The notes below the pieces were generated by a model that saw nothing but the letters and a program-made list of their open reading frames with translations, was not told where the DNA came from and searched no databases. Shown here one piece after another: positions 27,001-41,091 of a stretch of 64,000 bases of DNA. How positions within the stretch are numbered: position 1 is the first letter of the stretch; each line of letters starts with the position of its first letter. The position numbers were made by a program, and so were the translations under genes. This stretch comes from the human T2T-CHM13v2.0 reference genome, Homo sapiens. The stretch lies in the NCBI RefSeq assembly GCF_009914755.1, contig NC_060931.1; one strand, written 5' to 3'.

Positions 27001-30000
27001 CTTTCGACTCCAATCCATTCCATTTTGTTCCATCCCATTCCATTCCATTCTATTCCTTTCCATTCCATTCCATTCCATTCCATTCGTTTCCATTTCTTTC
27101 GAGTCCATTCCATTCCATTCCATTCCGTTCAATTCCATTCAATGCCATTCCATTCGATTCTATTCCATTTGAGCCCATTCCATTCAAGTACATTGCATTA
27201 CATTGCATTCCATTCGAAGCCATTCCATTCGATTCTATTCCATTCGACTCCATTGCATGCCATTCCTTTCCATCCAATTCCATTCCATTATATTACATTC
27301 CTTTCCAATCCATTCCATTCCATTCATTTCTTTTCCATTCGAGTCCATTCCTCTCCAATCCATTCCATGCCAGTCCATTCCAATCCATTCCATTCCATTC
27401 CTTTCCATTCAATATCTTTCCATTAAACTCCACTCGATTCTATTCCTTTTGATTCTATTCAATTCTATTCCATTCTATTGCATTCCATTCGATTTCTTTC
27501 CCTTTGAGTGCATTCCATTCGAGTGCATTGCATTTCATTTGATATCTTTCCATTACACTGCATTCCATTCTATTCCTTTCGATTCCATTCAATTCCATTC
27601 CATTCGATTCCATTCCATTCGGTTCCTTTTCATTTGACTCCACTCCATTCGATTCCATTCAATTGAAATCCTTTCCATTCGGTTCCTTTCCATTTGACTC
27701 CATTCCATTCGAGTCCATTCAATTCCATTCAATTCCATTCCTTTCCGTTTTGTTTGATTCCTATCTGTTTGATTCACTTTTGTTCCAGTCCATTCCATTC
27801 CAATGCATGCCATTCGATTCCGTTCCATTTGATTACATTGCATTCGATTCCAGTTCATGCCATTTGATTCCAATCGATACTATTCCATTCCTTTCTATTC
27901 CATTCCACTCGATTCCACTCCGTTCCCCTTTATTGCATTGCATTCTATTCCATTCCATTGCATACCATTCCAATCCATTTGATTACATCCCATTTGAATC
28001 CATTCCATTCAAATGAAATACGTTGCAATCCATTACATACCTATCGGTTCTATTCCACTCCATTCCATTTTGGTCCATTCTATTCGATTCCATTCCAAAT
28101 GATTCCATTCCATTCGTTTCCATTCCACTCAATTCCAGTCCGTTCCCTTTTATTGCATTCCATTCTATTCCATTCAATTGCATACCATTCCATTCCATTT
28201 CATTACATTCCATTTGAATATATTCCATTCAAATAAATTACATTGCAATCCATTACATTCCATTCAGTCCTATTCCAGTCTATTCCATTCCAGTCCACTC
28301 CATTCGATTCCATTCCATTCGATTCCATTCCAGTCTATTCCACTTCGATCCATTCCAATCCATTCCATTCCATTCCATTCCATTGCAATCCTTTCCATTT
28401 CTTTGGATATCATTCCATTCGATTCCATTCCTTTGCTATGTATTACATTGCAATCCATTACATTTGTGTCCTTCCTATTCCAGTCCATTCCATTCTATTC
28501 CATTCCATTCTCTTCCATTTCATACTATTGAATTCCATTGGGTTCCATTCTATTCGAATAAATTCCATTCAAGACCATTCCTTTTGACATCATTCTATGA
28601 GTCCATGCCATTTGAGTCCATTACATTTGGATTGATTCCATTCCATTCCATTCCATTCCATTCCATTCAATACAATTGTATTCCATTCTATTCCATTCTA
28701 TTCCATTCGAGTCCATTCAATTCGAGCCCATTCAATTCGAGCCCATTCCCTGACATTCCATTCCATTCTATTTGCTGCCATTCCATTTGATACTATTCCA
28801 TTCAACTCCATTGCATTCAATTCCATTATATCCGATTCCATTTCATTCTATTCCTTTCCATTCCATTCCATTCGTTTCCATTCCTTTTGTGTCCATTCCA
28901 CGAAAATGCATTCCATTCGAGTCCATACTATTCCAGTCCATTCCATTCGCTTATATTCTATTCCATTTGATATCTTTCCAATACATTCCATTCCGTTCTA
29001 TTATTTTCAATTCCATTCGATTCCATTCCTTTCACTTCCATTCCTTTCGACTGCATTCATTTCGAGTCCATTCCATTCCACTTCATTCCATTCCATTCCA
29101 TTGTATTTCAGTCCATTCCCCTCCATTCTATTCCATTACCTTCCATTCTACTCTGTTCCATTGCATTCCATTCCATTCCATTTGATTACTTTCAATTAGA
29201 TTCCATTACATTTCAATCAATTACATTGCAATCTATCACATTTGAGTACGTTCTGTTTCAGTCCATTCCATTCCTGTCCATTCCATTCAATTCCATTCCG
29301 TTCGATTCCATTCCATGCTATTGCATTCCATTCAATTCCATTATTTTAAAATAAATTCTATTCGATTCCATTCGTTTTCAGTGCATTCTCTTTGAGTCCA
29401 TTCCATTCGAGTCCATTCCATTTGGTTCCATTCCATTCCATTCCACTCGATGCTATTCCACTCTATTCTACTTCATTCGAGTAAATTCTATTCGTGTCTA
29501 TTCCATTCTATTCCATTCGATGCCAATCTATTCACTTCCATTCCATTCGACTCCATTCCAATCAATTTCTTTCCATCCCTTTCCATTCCATTGTAATCCT
29601 TTCCATTCCTTTCCATCCCATTCGTTTCCATTCCATTCGAGTGCATTCCCTTCCATTCCATTCCATTCTAGTCGATTCCATTCCAGTTCGTATCTTTCGA
29701 GTCCCTTCCATTCCATTCCATTCCTTTCGGTATATTTCCATTACACTCCCTTCCATTCTATTCCTTTCTATTCCATTCGATTCCATTCCATTCGATTCCC
29801 TTCTATTCGGTTCCATTCCATTTGATTCCCTTCCATTCTGTTCCATTCCATTCGACTTCATTCAATTCGAGACTATTCCATTCCATTCCATTCAATTCCG
29901 TTCTGCTCTATTGCAATCCGTACTATTCCATTTTTTTCCAGTCCATTCCATTGGAGTCCATTCCATTCCAGTCCATTCCATTTGATTCCATTCCGTTTGA

Positions 30001-33000
30001 TTCCATTCCAATCAACTCTGTTCCATTCCAATGCATTCCATTCTATTCCATTCCATTCCATTCCATTTGATTACATTGCATTCGATTGCATTCCATTCGA
30101 ATTAATTATATTGTAATTCATTATATTTGAGTCTGTTGTATTCCAGTCCATTCCATTGCAGTCCATTCCATTGGATTCCCTTCCCCTGGATTCCATTCCA
30201 TAATATTTCATTGCATTCAATTAAATTCTATTTGAATGAATTCCATTCGAGACCATTCCCTTTCAGTCCATTGTATTTGATTCCATTCTAAGCGAGTCCA
30301 TTGCATTTGGGTGTATTCCATTCCATTCCATTCCATTAAATTCCATTCCATTCCATTCGAGGCCATTCCATTTCATTTTATTCCATTCGATTCCATTCCA
30401 TTCGAGTCCATTCCATTCCATTCCATTCCCTTCCATTCGATGGCATTCCATTTGATTCTATTCCATTCGGCTCCATTTTATTCCATTCTCTTCCATCTGA
30501 TTCCATTCCATGCTATTCCTTTTTATTCCATTCCATTCCATTCTATTCCTTTCCATTCCATTCCAATCCATTCTATATGATTCCATTCCATTCTATTCTA
30601 TCCAATCCATTCTTTTTCATTCCATTTGAGTCCATTCCACTCCAGTCCATTCCATTCGAGTCTATTCAATTCCAGTCTATTCCAGTCAATTCCATTCCAT
30701 TCCATTCCATTCGATATATTTCTATTACTCTCGATTCCTTTCTATTGCTTTCGATTCCAATTAATTCCATTCCTTTCTATTCCATTCCATTTGATTCCAT
30801 TCCATTCGACTGCATTCCTTTCGAGTCCATTCCATTCCATTCCATTCCGTTCCATTCGATTCCAATCCGTTCGATCCCGTTTTGTTCCTCTCCATTCCAT
30901 TCGAATACTTTCCATTCCAGTACCTTTCATTTGATTCCATTCCATTCTATTCCATTTCTTTCGATTCCATTGCACTCGATTCCACTCCATTCTATACCAT
31001 TGTATTCCAATTTATTCCATTCCATTTCATTCCATTTGATTACATTCCATTTGATTCCATTTCATTCAAAGCAATTACTTTGCAATCGATTACATGGGAG
31101 TTTGTTCTATTCCAGACCATTCCGTTCCGTTCCTTTCAATTCAATCCTATTCCATTCGATTCCATTCCATACTGTTGCATTCCATTCGAATCAATTCTAT
31201 TGGAATAAATTCCATTTGAGACCATTCCTTTCGAGTTCATTCTATTTGTGTCCATTCCTTTCGTGCCCATTACCTTTCAGTCCATTTTATTCTACTCCAT
31301 TCCAATCCATTCCATTCCATTCAATTCGATGCCATTCCTTTGTATTCTATTCCATTCAGGTCTATTCCGTTCAAGTCCATTCAATTTCCTTCCATTCGAT
31401 GCCATTCCATTCCATTCTATTCCATCCGACTCCATTACATTCCATTCCGTTCCATCTGAATCCATTCATTCCTTTTCCTTTCCATTCCATTCGTTTCCGT
31501 TCCATTCGTATCCATTCCACTCCAGTCCATTGCATTCTTGTCCATTCCACTCCAGTCCATTCCATTGTAGTCCACTCCATTCCATTCCATTCTATGTATT
31601 TCCATCATACTCCATTCGATTCTATTCTTTTTGATTCGATTCAATTCCGTTTCATTCGACTCCATTCAATGAAATTCCATTTATTTAGACTCTATTCCAT
31701 TCGAGGCCATTCCATTCAATTACTTTCCATTTGGTTCCAATCCGTTCGATTCAATTTTGTTCCAGGCCAGTCCGTTCGAATGTATTCCATTCCATTCCCT
31801 CTCATTTCATTCCAATCCATTCGATTCCATTGCACTCGACTCCACTCTGTTCCATTCATTTGCATTCCATTCTATTCTGTTCCATTGCATTTCATTCCAT
31901 TCCATTTGAATACATTCAATTCGATTCTATAACATTTGAATCTATTACATCACAATCCATTCAATTCGAGTTCATTCTATTCCAGTCCATTCCATTCTTT
32001 TCCATTCCGTTTGATTCCATTCCATTCAAATCAATTTCATACTATTGCATTGCATTCAGTTCCATTGTATTTGAATAAATTTCATTTGAAACTATTCTTT
32101 TCGAGTCTATTGTATTTGACTCCCTTCCATTTGGGTCCATTACATTTGGGTCCATTCCATTCCATTCCATTCCCTTCCAATCGGGTCCATTACATTGTGG
32201 TCCATTCCATTCCATTCCATTACATTCGATACCATTCCATTCGATTCAATTTCATTAGAGTCCATTCCATTTGGTTGCATACAATTCCATTCCCTTCCAT
32301 TCCATTCCGTTCAAAGCCATTCCATTCGACTCTATTCCATTTGACTCCATTCCATTCCATTCCATTCCATTCCATTCCATTCCATACGATTCCATCCTGT
32401 TCTATTCCTTTCCATTCCATTCCACTCCATTGTTTTCCATTACATTTGAGTCCATTCCATTCCAGTCCATTCCATTGGATTCCATTCCATTTCAGTCCAT
32501 TGCATTCGTGTCAATTCCATTACATTCCATTCCATTGGATATCTTTCCATTATGCTCCATTCCATTCTATTCCTTTCAATTCCATTCAATTCCATTTTAT
32601 TTCATTCCATTCCTTTCCATTCCATTCGATGCCATTCCACTCGATTCCACTCCATTCCATTCCATTGCATTATATTCTATTGCATTCCATTGCAGTCCAT
32701 TCCTTTCCTTTTGATTACATTCCATTCGCTTCTATTGCGTTCAAATCAATTACATTGCAATCCACTACATTCGAGTCCTTTCTATTCCAGTCCATTCCAA
32801 TCTGCTCCATTCCATTCTATTCCATTCCATTCAATTCCATTCCATATTATTGCATTCTATGTGATTCCATTCTATTCGAATAAATGCCATTTGAGACCAT
32901 TCTTTCCGAGTGCATTCTATTTGGGCCCATTGTTGTCGAGTCCATTACATTTGGGTGCATTCCATTCCTTTCCATTCGTTGCCAATCCATTCGTTTCCAT

Positions 33001-36000
33001 TACATTTGATTTCATTCCTTTCGATTCTATTACATTGCAATTCATTACCTTCGTGTCTGCTCTATTCCAGTCCATTGAAGTCCAGTGCATTCCATTCCAT
33101 TCCGTTCCGTTCCGTTCCATTCCATTCCATTCTATTCCATTCGACTCTATTTCATTCCTTTGCATTCCTTTCTGTTCCATGCCATTCTATTTCAGTCTAT
33201 TCCTTTCCATTCCATTGGTTTCATTTCCATTTCTTTCGAGTCCATTCCACTCCAGCCCATTCCATTCAAGTCCATTCCACTCCAGTCCATTCCATTTGAG
33301 TCCATTCCTGTAGATTCCATTCAATTTCATTACATTCGATAACGTTCGTTTCCACTCCATTCCATTCTATTCCTTTCTGTTCCATTCAATTCCATTCCAT
33401 TCGATTGCATTCCATTTGGTTCCGTTCCATTTGACTCCATTCCATTCGATCCCATTCCAATCCATTCCACTCCATTCCATTCTGTTCTATTTCAATCTGA
33501 TCAAATCCATTTTTTTCCAGTCCATTACTTTCGAGCCCATTCCTTTCAAGTCCATTCTATTTGAGTACATTCCATTTGAATCCATTAAGTTTGGATCCAT
33601 TCTATTCCATTCCATTCCAATCCATTCAATGGCATTGCATTCTATTCTATTCCATTTGAATCCATTCAATTCGAGTCCATTTCACTCGATTCCATTCCAT
33701 TCCATTCCAGTTGATGCCATTCCATTCGATTCCATTCCATTCAACCCCATGAGATTTCATTACATTCCATCTGATTCCATTCCACTGTATTCCTTTCCAT
33801 TCCATTCCATTCCATTCGAGTCCATTCCACTTCAGTCTGTTCCATTGGAGTGCATTACATTCCAGTCCATTAGATTTGAGTCCATTCCATTCCATTCCAT
33901 TTGATATATTTTCATAATAGTCCATTCAATTCAATTCCATTCCATTCAATTCCATTTCAATTGATTCCATTCCATTCGGTCACATTCCATTCGACTCCAT
34001 TCCATTCAGGTCATTCCATTTGATACCATTCCATTTCATTCCGTTCCATTTGTTTCCAGTCCTTTTGATTCCTTTTTGTCCCAAGTCCATTCCATTCGAT
34101 TCCATTCCGTTTGATTCCATTCAATTTGATTCCATTCCACTCAATTCCACTCCGTTCCTTTCCACTCCATTGCATTCCATTCTAATCCATTCCTTTGGAT
34201 TTCATTCTAGTCCATTTGATTACTGTCCATTTGATACCATTCCATTCGAATCAATCACATTGCAATCCTCCAAATTCGAGTCCAATATATTCCATTCCAT
34301 TCCGTTCCAGTGCATTCAATTTGATTCCATTCCTTTCGATTCCATTTCATACTATTTCATTCCATTAGATTCAATTATATACGAGTAAATTCCATTCGTG
34401 TCCATTCCTTTTGTGTCCATTCTATTTGATTCCATTCCATTCGAGCCCATTACCTTTATGGCCATTCCATTCCATTCCATTCCAATCCATTCAATTCCAT
34501 TTAATTCGATTGCATTCCATTCTATTCTATTCCATACGTGTCCATTCCATTCGAGTCCTTTCCATTCCATTCCGTTCTATCCCATTCCATTCCAGTCTGT
34601 TACTTTACATTCCATTCCATTCCATTCGTTTCCATTGCATTCGAGTCCATTCCCCTCCAGACCATTCTTCTGAAGTCCTTTCCACTCAAGTCTATTCCTT
34701 TCGTTTCCATTCCACTCCATGCCTTTTGACTCCATTCCATTCCATTCCATTCCATTAAATTCGATTTTATATATTTTCATTACACTTCATTCCATTCTAT
34801 TCCTTTCGATTACATTAAGTTCCTTTCCATTCGATTTCATTCAATTTGGTTCCATTCCATTCGACTCCATTACATTCGATTCCATTCCATTCCATTCCGT
34901 TACATTCCGTTCCGTTCCATTCCTATTCATTCAATTCTAGTCCATTGCATTCCAGTCCATTCCATTCGATTCCATTCCATTCAATTCCATTCCAATCTTT
35001 TCCATTCTTGTCGATTCCACTCCATTCCTTTCCATTGCATTGCATTCTATTCCATTCCATTGATTTCCGTTCCAATGCATTGGATTACATTAGTATTGAT
35101 TCCATTCCATTCGAGGACATTCCATTCCAGTCCATTCCATTTGACTCCTTTCCAATCCATTCCAGTCCATTTCATTCGATATCTACCCTTTACCCTCCAT
35201 TCCATTATATTCCTTTTGTTACCATTCAATTCCATTCTATTCGAATCCATTCCATTTGATTGAATTCCATTGGAATCCATTCTATTCCAGTATGTTCCAT
35301 TCCATTCCATTCCATTCAGTTCCGTTCAATTCCAATCCGTTCATTTCCACTTTATTCCAGTCAATTCCATTCCATTCGATTCAATTACTCTCCATTCCAC
35401 TCCGTTCCATTCTATTGTATTCCATTCTATTCCACTCCATTGCATTCCATTCCTTTCAGTTGATCATATTCCATTCATTTCCATTCCATTTGAATCTATT
35501 ACTTTGCAATCTATTACATTCAATTCGGTTCTATTCCAGTCCAATCCTTTCCGATCCATTCCATTCGATTCTTTTCCGAACTATTTCACTAAATTCAATT
35601 CGATTCTCTTTGAATGAATTCCATTCTAGAGTGTTCCTTTTGATTCCATTTTATTTGAGTCCATTCCGTTTAGGTCCATTACATTTGGGTCAATTTAATT
35701 CCATGCCATTCCATCCCATTCCATTCGATGCCGTTCGATTCGCTTCTATTCCATTCGACTCCATTCCATTCGAGTCCATTCCATTCCATTCCATTCGATG
35801 CCATTAAATTTGATTCTATTCCATTCGACTCCATTCCATTCAAGTACAATTCCATTCCATTCCACTCCATCCCATTCCATTCCATTCCATTCCATTCCAT
35901 CACATCTGATGCCATTCCATTCAATTCCATTCCATTCGACTCCCATCCATTCCATTCCATTCCATCTGCTTCAATTCCATTCCATTCCATTCCATTCCAT

Positions 36001-39000
36001 TCCATTCCATTCCATTCGTTTCCACTCCATTCAAGTGCATTCCACTCCAGTCCATTCCATTCGAGTCCATTCCATTTCATTGCCTTCCATTCCATATCTT
36101 TCTATTACACTCCATTCCATTCAATTCTATTCCATTCTATTCCATACCATTCGTTTCCATTCCATTCGACTCCATTCCATTCGAGTCCATTCCATTCCAT
36201 TCCGGTCCATTCGATTCCAATCCGTTCGATTCCGTTTTCTCCCACCTCCATTTTTTTCGATTCCATTTCACTTGTTTCCATTGCAATCGATTCCATTCCA
36301 TTCGATTCCATTCCACTCGATTCCACTCCGTTCCTTTCCATTACATTGTTTTCCATTCTATTCCATTCCATTGTATTCCATTCGATTCCATTTGATTCCA
36401 TTCCATTCCATTCAATTCTATTTGAATCAATTTCATTGCAATCCATTACATTCGAGTCCGCTTTATTCCAGTCCATTCCATTCTGATCCATTCCTTTTGA
36501 TTCCATTCCATTTGATTCCATTCCCTACTATTGCATTCTGCTCGATTCCATTCTAATCGATTAAATTACATTCGAGACCATTGTTTTTGTGTCCATTTTA
36601 TTTGAGTCCATTACATTGCAATCCATTACATTTGAGTCCGCTTTATTCCAGTCCATTCCATTCCGATCCGTTCCGTTTGATTACATGTGATTCGATTCCA
36701 TTCTATTCGAATAAATTCCATTCGAGACCATTGCTTTCGTGTCTATTCTATTTGAGTCTATTCCATTCGAGTCCCTTACATTTGGGTCCATTCCATTCCA
36801 TTACATTCCTTTCCATTCCATTCGATGCCATTTCATTCCATACCATTCGATGCCATTCCATTCGATTCTATTGTTTTCGACTCCATTCCCATACATTCCA
36901 TTCCATCCGATTCCATTCAATTCTATTCCTTTCCATTCCATTCGATGCCATTCCATTTGTGTCCATCCCATTCCATACCATTCGATGCCATTCCATTCGA
37001 TTCTATTGCTTTCGACTCCATTCCCTTACACTCCTTTCTATCCGATTCCATTCCATTCTATTCCTTTCCATTCCATTCGATTTCATTCCATTCCTTTCTA
37101 TTCGTTTCCAGTCATTCGAGTACATTCCGCGTCATTCCATTCCATCGAGTCCATTACATTCCTGTCCATTCCATTTGAGTCCTTTCTATTCCATTCCACT
37201 CCATTTGATATCTTTCCATTACACTCCATTCCATTATATTCCTTTTGATTCCATTCAAGTCCGTTCGATTCAATTTCATTCCGTTCGTTTCCATTCCATT
37301 CGACTCCATTCTCTTTGATTCCATAAAATTACCTTCCATTCCATTCCTTTCCATTCATTTCCTATCCGTTCGATTCCATTTTGTTCCAGTCTATTCCATT
37401 CGATTCCATTCCATTCGGTTCCATTCCATTCGATTCTATTCCACTCGATTCCAATCCGTTTGATTCCATTGCATTCCATTCTATTCCATTCCATTGCATT
37501 CCATTCCATTCCATTCTATTTGATTACATTCCATTCGATTCCAAGCCATTCGAATCAATTACATTTCAATCCATTGCATTGGAGTCTGCTGTATTCCAGT
37601 CCATTCCATTCCGGTCCATTCCATTCCGGTCCATTCCATTTGATTCCATTCCATACTATTGCATTCCTTTCGATTCCATTAAATTCGAATAAATTTCGTT
37701 CGAGACCATTCCTTTCGAGTCCATTCTATTTGATTCCATTTCATTCTAGCCCATTACCTTTGGGTCCATTCAATTCCATTCCATTCCAATCCATTCCATT
37801 CCATTCAATTCAATTGTATTCCATTCTATTCTATTCCATTTGGGTTCATTCCATTCGAATCCTTTCCACTGTATTCCATTCAATGCCATTCCATTCAATT
37901 CTATTACATTCGACTCCATTCCATTTCATTCCATTCCTTTTGGTTGCATCCTTTTCCATTCCAGTCTATTCCTTTCCATTCCATTGTATTCCATTCCATT
38001 CGTTTCCAATCCATTCGGGTCCGTTCCACTCCAGACCACTCCCTTCAAGTCCATTCCACTCCAGTCCATACCATTCCTGTCAATTCCAGTCCATTCCATT
38101 CGAGTCCATTCCATTCCATTCCATTCCATTCCATTCCATTCCATTCCATTCGATATCTTTACATTGCACTCCATTCCATTCTATTCCTTTCTATTCCATT
38201 CAGTGCCATTCCATTCGATTCCATTCCATTCGGTTGCATTCCATTCAACTCCATTACATTCGAGTCCATTCCATTCCTTTCCATTCCATTACGTTCCATT
38301 TCATTCAATTCCAATCTGTTCCATTCCATATTGTTCCAGTCCACTCCATTTGAGTCCATACCATTCCAGTCCATTCCATTCGATTCCATTCCAATCGATT
38401 CCATTCCATTCGATTCCACTCCATTCCATTTCTTTGCATTGCATTCTATTGAATTCCATTGATTTCCATTCCAATCCATTGGATTACATTCCAATCGATT
38501 CCATTCCATTCGAGTACATTCCATTCCAGTTCATTCCTTTTGACTCCATTCCATTCCATTCCATTCCATTTCATTCGATATCTTTCCTTTACCCTCCATT
38601 CCATTCTATTCCTTTTGATTCCACTCAATTCCATTCTATTCGATTCCATTCCATTTGATTATATTCCATTTAACTCCATACCATTCGAGTATGTTCCATT
38701 CTGTTCCATTCCGTTCTGTTCCGTTCGATTCCAATCCGTTCATTTCCATTTTGTTCCAGTCAGTTCCACTCCGTTCGATTCAATTCCTCTCGATTCCACT
38801 CTGTTCCATTCTATTGCATTGCATTCTATTCCCTTCCATTGCATTCCATTCCTTTCCATTTGATTATATTCCATTTGTTTCCATTCCATTTGAATCTATT
38901 ACATTGCAATCCATTACATTCGTGTCCGTTCTATACCAGTCCATCAATTTCCAGTCCAATCCATTCGATTCCATTCCATTTGATTACATTCCAAACTATT

Positions 39001-41091
39001 TTATTCCAGTCCATTTGATTCAATTTGAATTAATTCCTTTTGAGACCATTCATTTCGAGACCATTCTATTTGATTACATTCCATTTAGATCCATTACATT
39101 TGGGACAATTACATTCCATGCCATTCCATCCCATTCCATTTAATGCCATTCCATTCGTTTATATTCCATTGGATTCCATTCCATTCGAGCCGATTCCATT
39201 CCATTCCATCTGATGCCATTCCATTCGATTCTATTCCATTCGACTCCATTCCATTCCTTTCCATCCGATTTCATTGCATTCAATTCCTTCCATTCCTTTC
39301 CATTCCATTCCATTCCATTCCATTCTTTTCCATTGAATTCAAGTGCATTCCATTCTAGTCCATTCCATTCGAATCCGTTCCATTTCATTGCATTCCATTC
39401 TATATCTTTCTATTACATTCCATTCCATTCCATTCCATTCCATTCCATTCCCTTCCATTCCATTCTACTCCATTCCATTCGAGTCCATTCCATTCCATTC
39501 CATGCTGTTCCGTTTGATTCCAATCCATTCGATTCCGTTTTGTCCCACATCCATTTTTTTCAATTCCATTTCGTTTCATTCCATTCCATTCAATTCCATT
39601 CCATTTGATTCCATTCCACTCGATTCCACTCCCTTTCTTTCCATTCCATTGCATTCCATTCTATTCTATTCTGATGCATTCCATTAGATTCCAATTGATT
39701 CCATTCCATTCTATTCAATTCCATTCGAATCCATTACATTGCAATCCATTACATTTGAGTCCTCTTTATTCCAGTCCATTCCATTCCAATCCATGCCTTT
39801 CGATTCCATTCCATACTATTGCATTCCATTCGATTCCATTGTATTCGAATAAATTCCATTCGAGACCATTGCTTTCGAGTCCATTCTATTTGAGTCCATT
39901 CTATTCGAGTCCATTACATTTGGGTCCATTCCATTCCATTACATTCCTTTCCATTCCATTCGATTCCATTCCATTCGAGTGCATTCCATTCTATACCATT
40001 CAATGCCATTCCTTTAGATTTTATTGCTGTCGACTCCATTCCCTTACATTCCATTCCATCCGATTCCATTCCATTCTTTTCCTTTCCATTCCATTCCCTT
40101 CCATTGCATTCTATTCCATTCCATTCGTTTCCAGTCCATTAGAGTACATTCCCCTCCATTCATTTCCATCTAGTCCATTACATTCTTGTCCATTCCATTC
40201 GTGTCCATGCCATTCCATTCCATTCCATTCCATTTGATATCTTTCCATTACACTCCACTCCATTCTATTCCTTTCGATTCCATTAAATTCCAATACATTC
40301 GATTCCATTACATTCGACTCCTTTCCTTTTGATTCCTTTCCATTCCATTCCTTTCTGTTAGATTCCTATCCGTATGAATCCATTTTCTTCCAGTCCATTC
40401 CATTCGACTCCACTCCATTCGATTCCATTCCATTCCACTTGTATCCATTCCGTTAGGTTCCATTGTGTTCCATTCTATTCCATTCTATTGCATTCTATTA
40501 TATTCCGTTTGATTACATTCCATTCGCTTCCATTCCATTCAAATGAATTACATTGTAATCCATTACTTTCTTATCCATTCTATTCCATCCCATTCCATTC
40601 TGGTCCATTCCATTCGATTCCATTCCATTCGATTCCATAACATTCTATTGTATTCATTCGATTCCCTTCTATTTGAATAAATTCCATTCAATACCATTCT
40701 TTTGAGCCCATTGTATTTGAGTCCATTCCATTCGAGTCCATAACATTTGGATCCATACCATTACATTCTACTCCATTCGATGCCATTGCATTCAATACTA
40801 ATCCATTTGACTCCATTCCATTCCATTTCTTTCCATTCCGTTCCATCCCATTATATTCCAATCTATTCCTTTCCATTTCACTCCATTCCATCCCATGCTT
40901 TTCCATTCATTCCGGTCCATTCCTCTCCAGTCCATTCCATTTCAGTCCGTTCCATTCCAGTCCATTCCATTCCATTCCATGACCTTCCATTGGATATCTT
41001 TCCATTACACTCCATTCCATTCTATTCCTTTCAATTCCAATCAATTCCATTCCATTTGATTCTATTCCAATCGATTCCCTTCCATTCGATT
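21004..41091 (+). repeat. Diverged HSat3 without the decamer (HSat3A/DYZ1-like type)
   Basis: The 5-bp phase is kept, but pentamers are heavily varied (ATTCG, AGTCC, ATTAC, ATTGC). ACTCGGGTTG is absent and ATG insertions are essentially absent. A recurrent block reads approximately GAATAAATTCCATTCGAGACCATTCCTTTCGAGTCCATTCTATTTGAGTCC...ATTACATTTGGGTCC. Confidence 0.85.
21031..21087. repeat. Cluster of three perfect short inverted repeats at a satellite-satellite junction
   Basis: GTTTGATAACA-ttt-TGTTATCAAAC (21031-21055, 11-bp arms); TGGACTA-aaagaa-TAGTCCA (21056-21075, 7-bp arms); AAAAGAATAG-tccaat-CTATTCTTTT (21062-21087, 10-bp arms). All three were read directly from the sequence. Confidence 0.92.

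Noticed and set aside
22092-40685. Periodic AATAAA as poly(A) signals
   Set aside because: AATAAA is part of the satellite landmark and is often mutated (AATATA, AATGAA, AGTAAA). There is no GU-rich downstream element and no transcript evidence.
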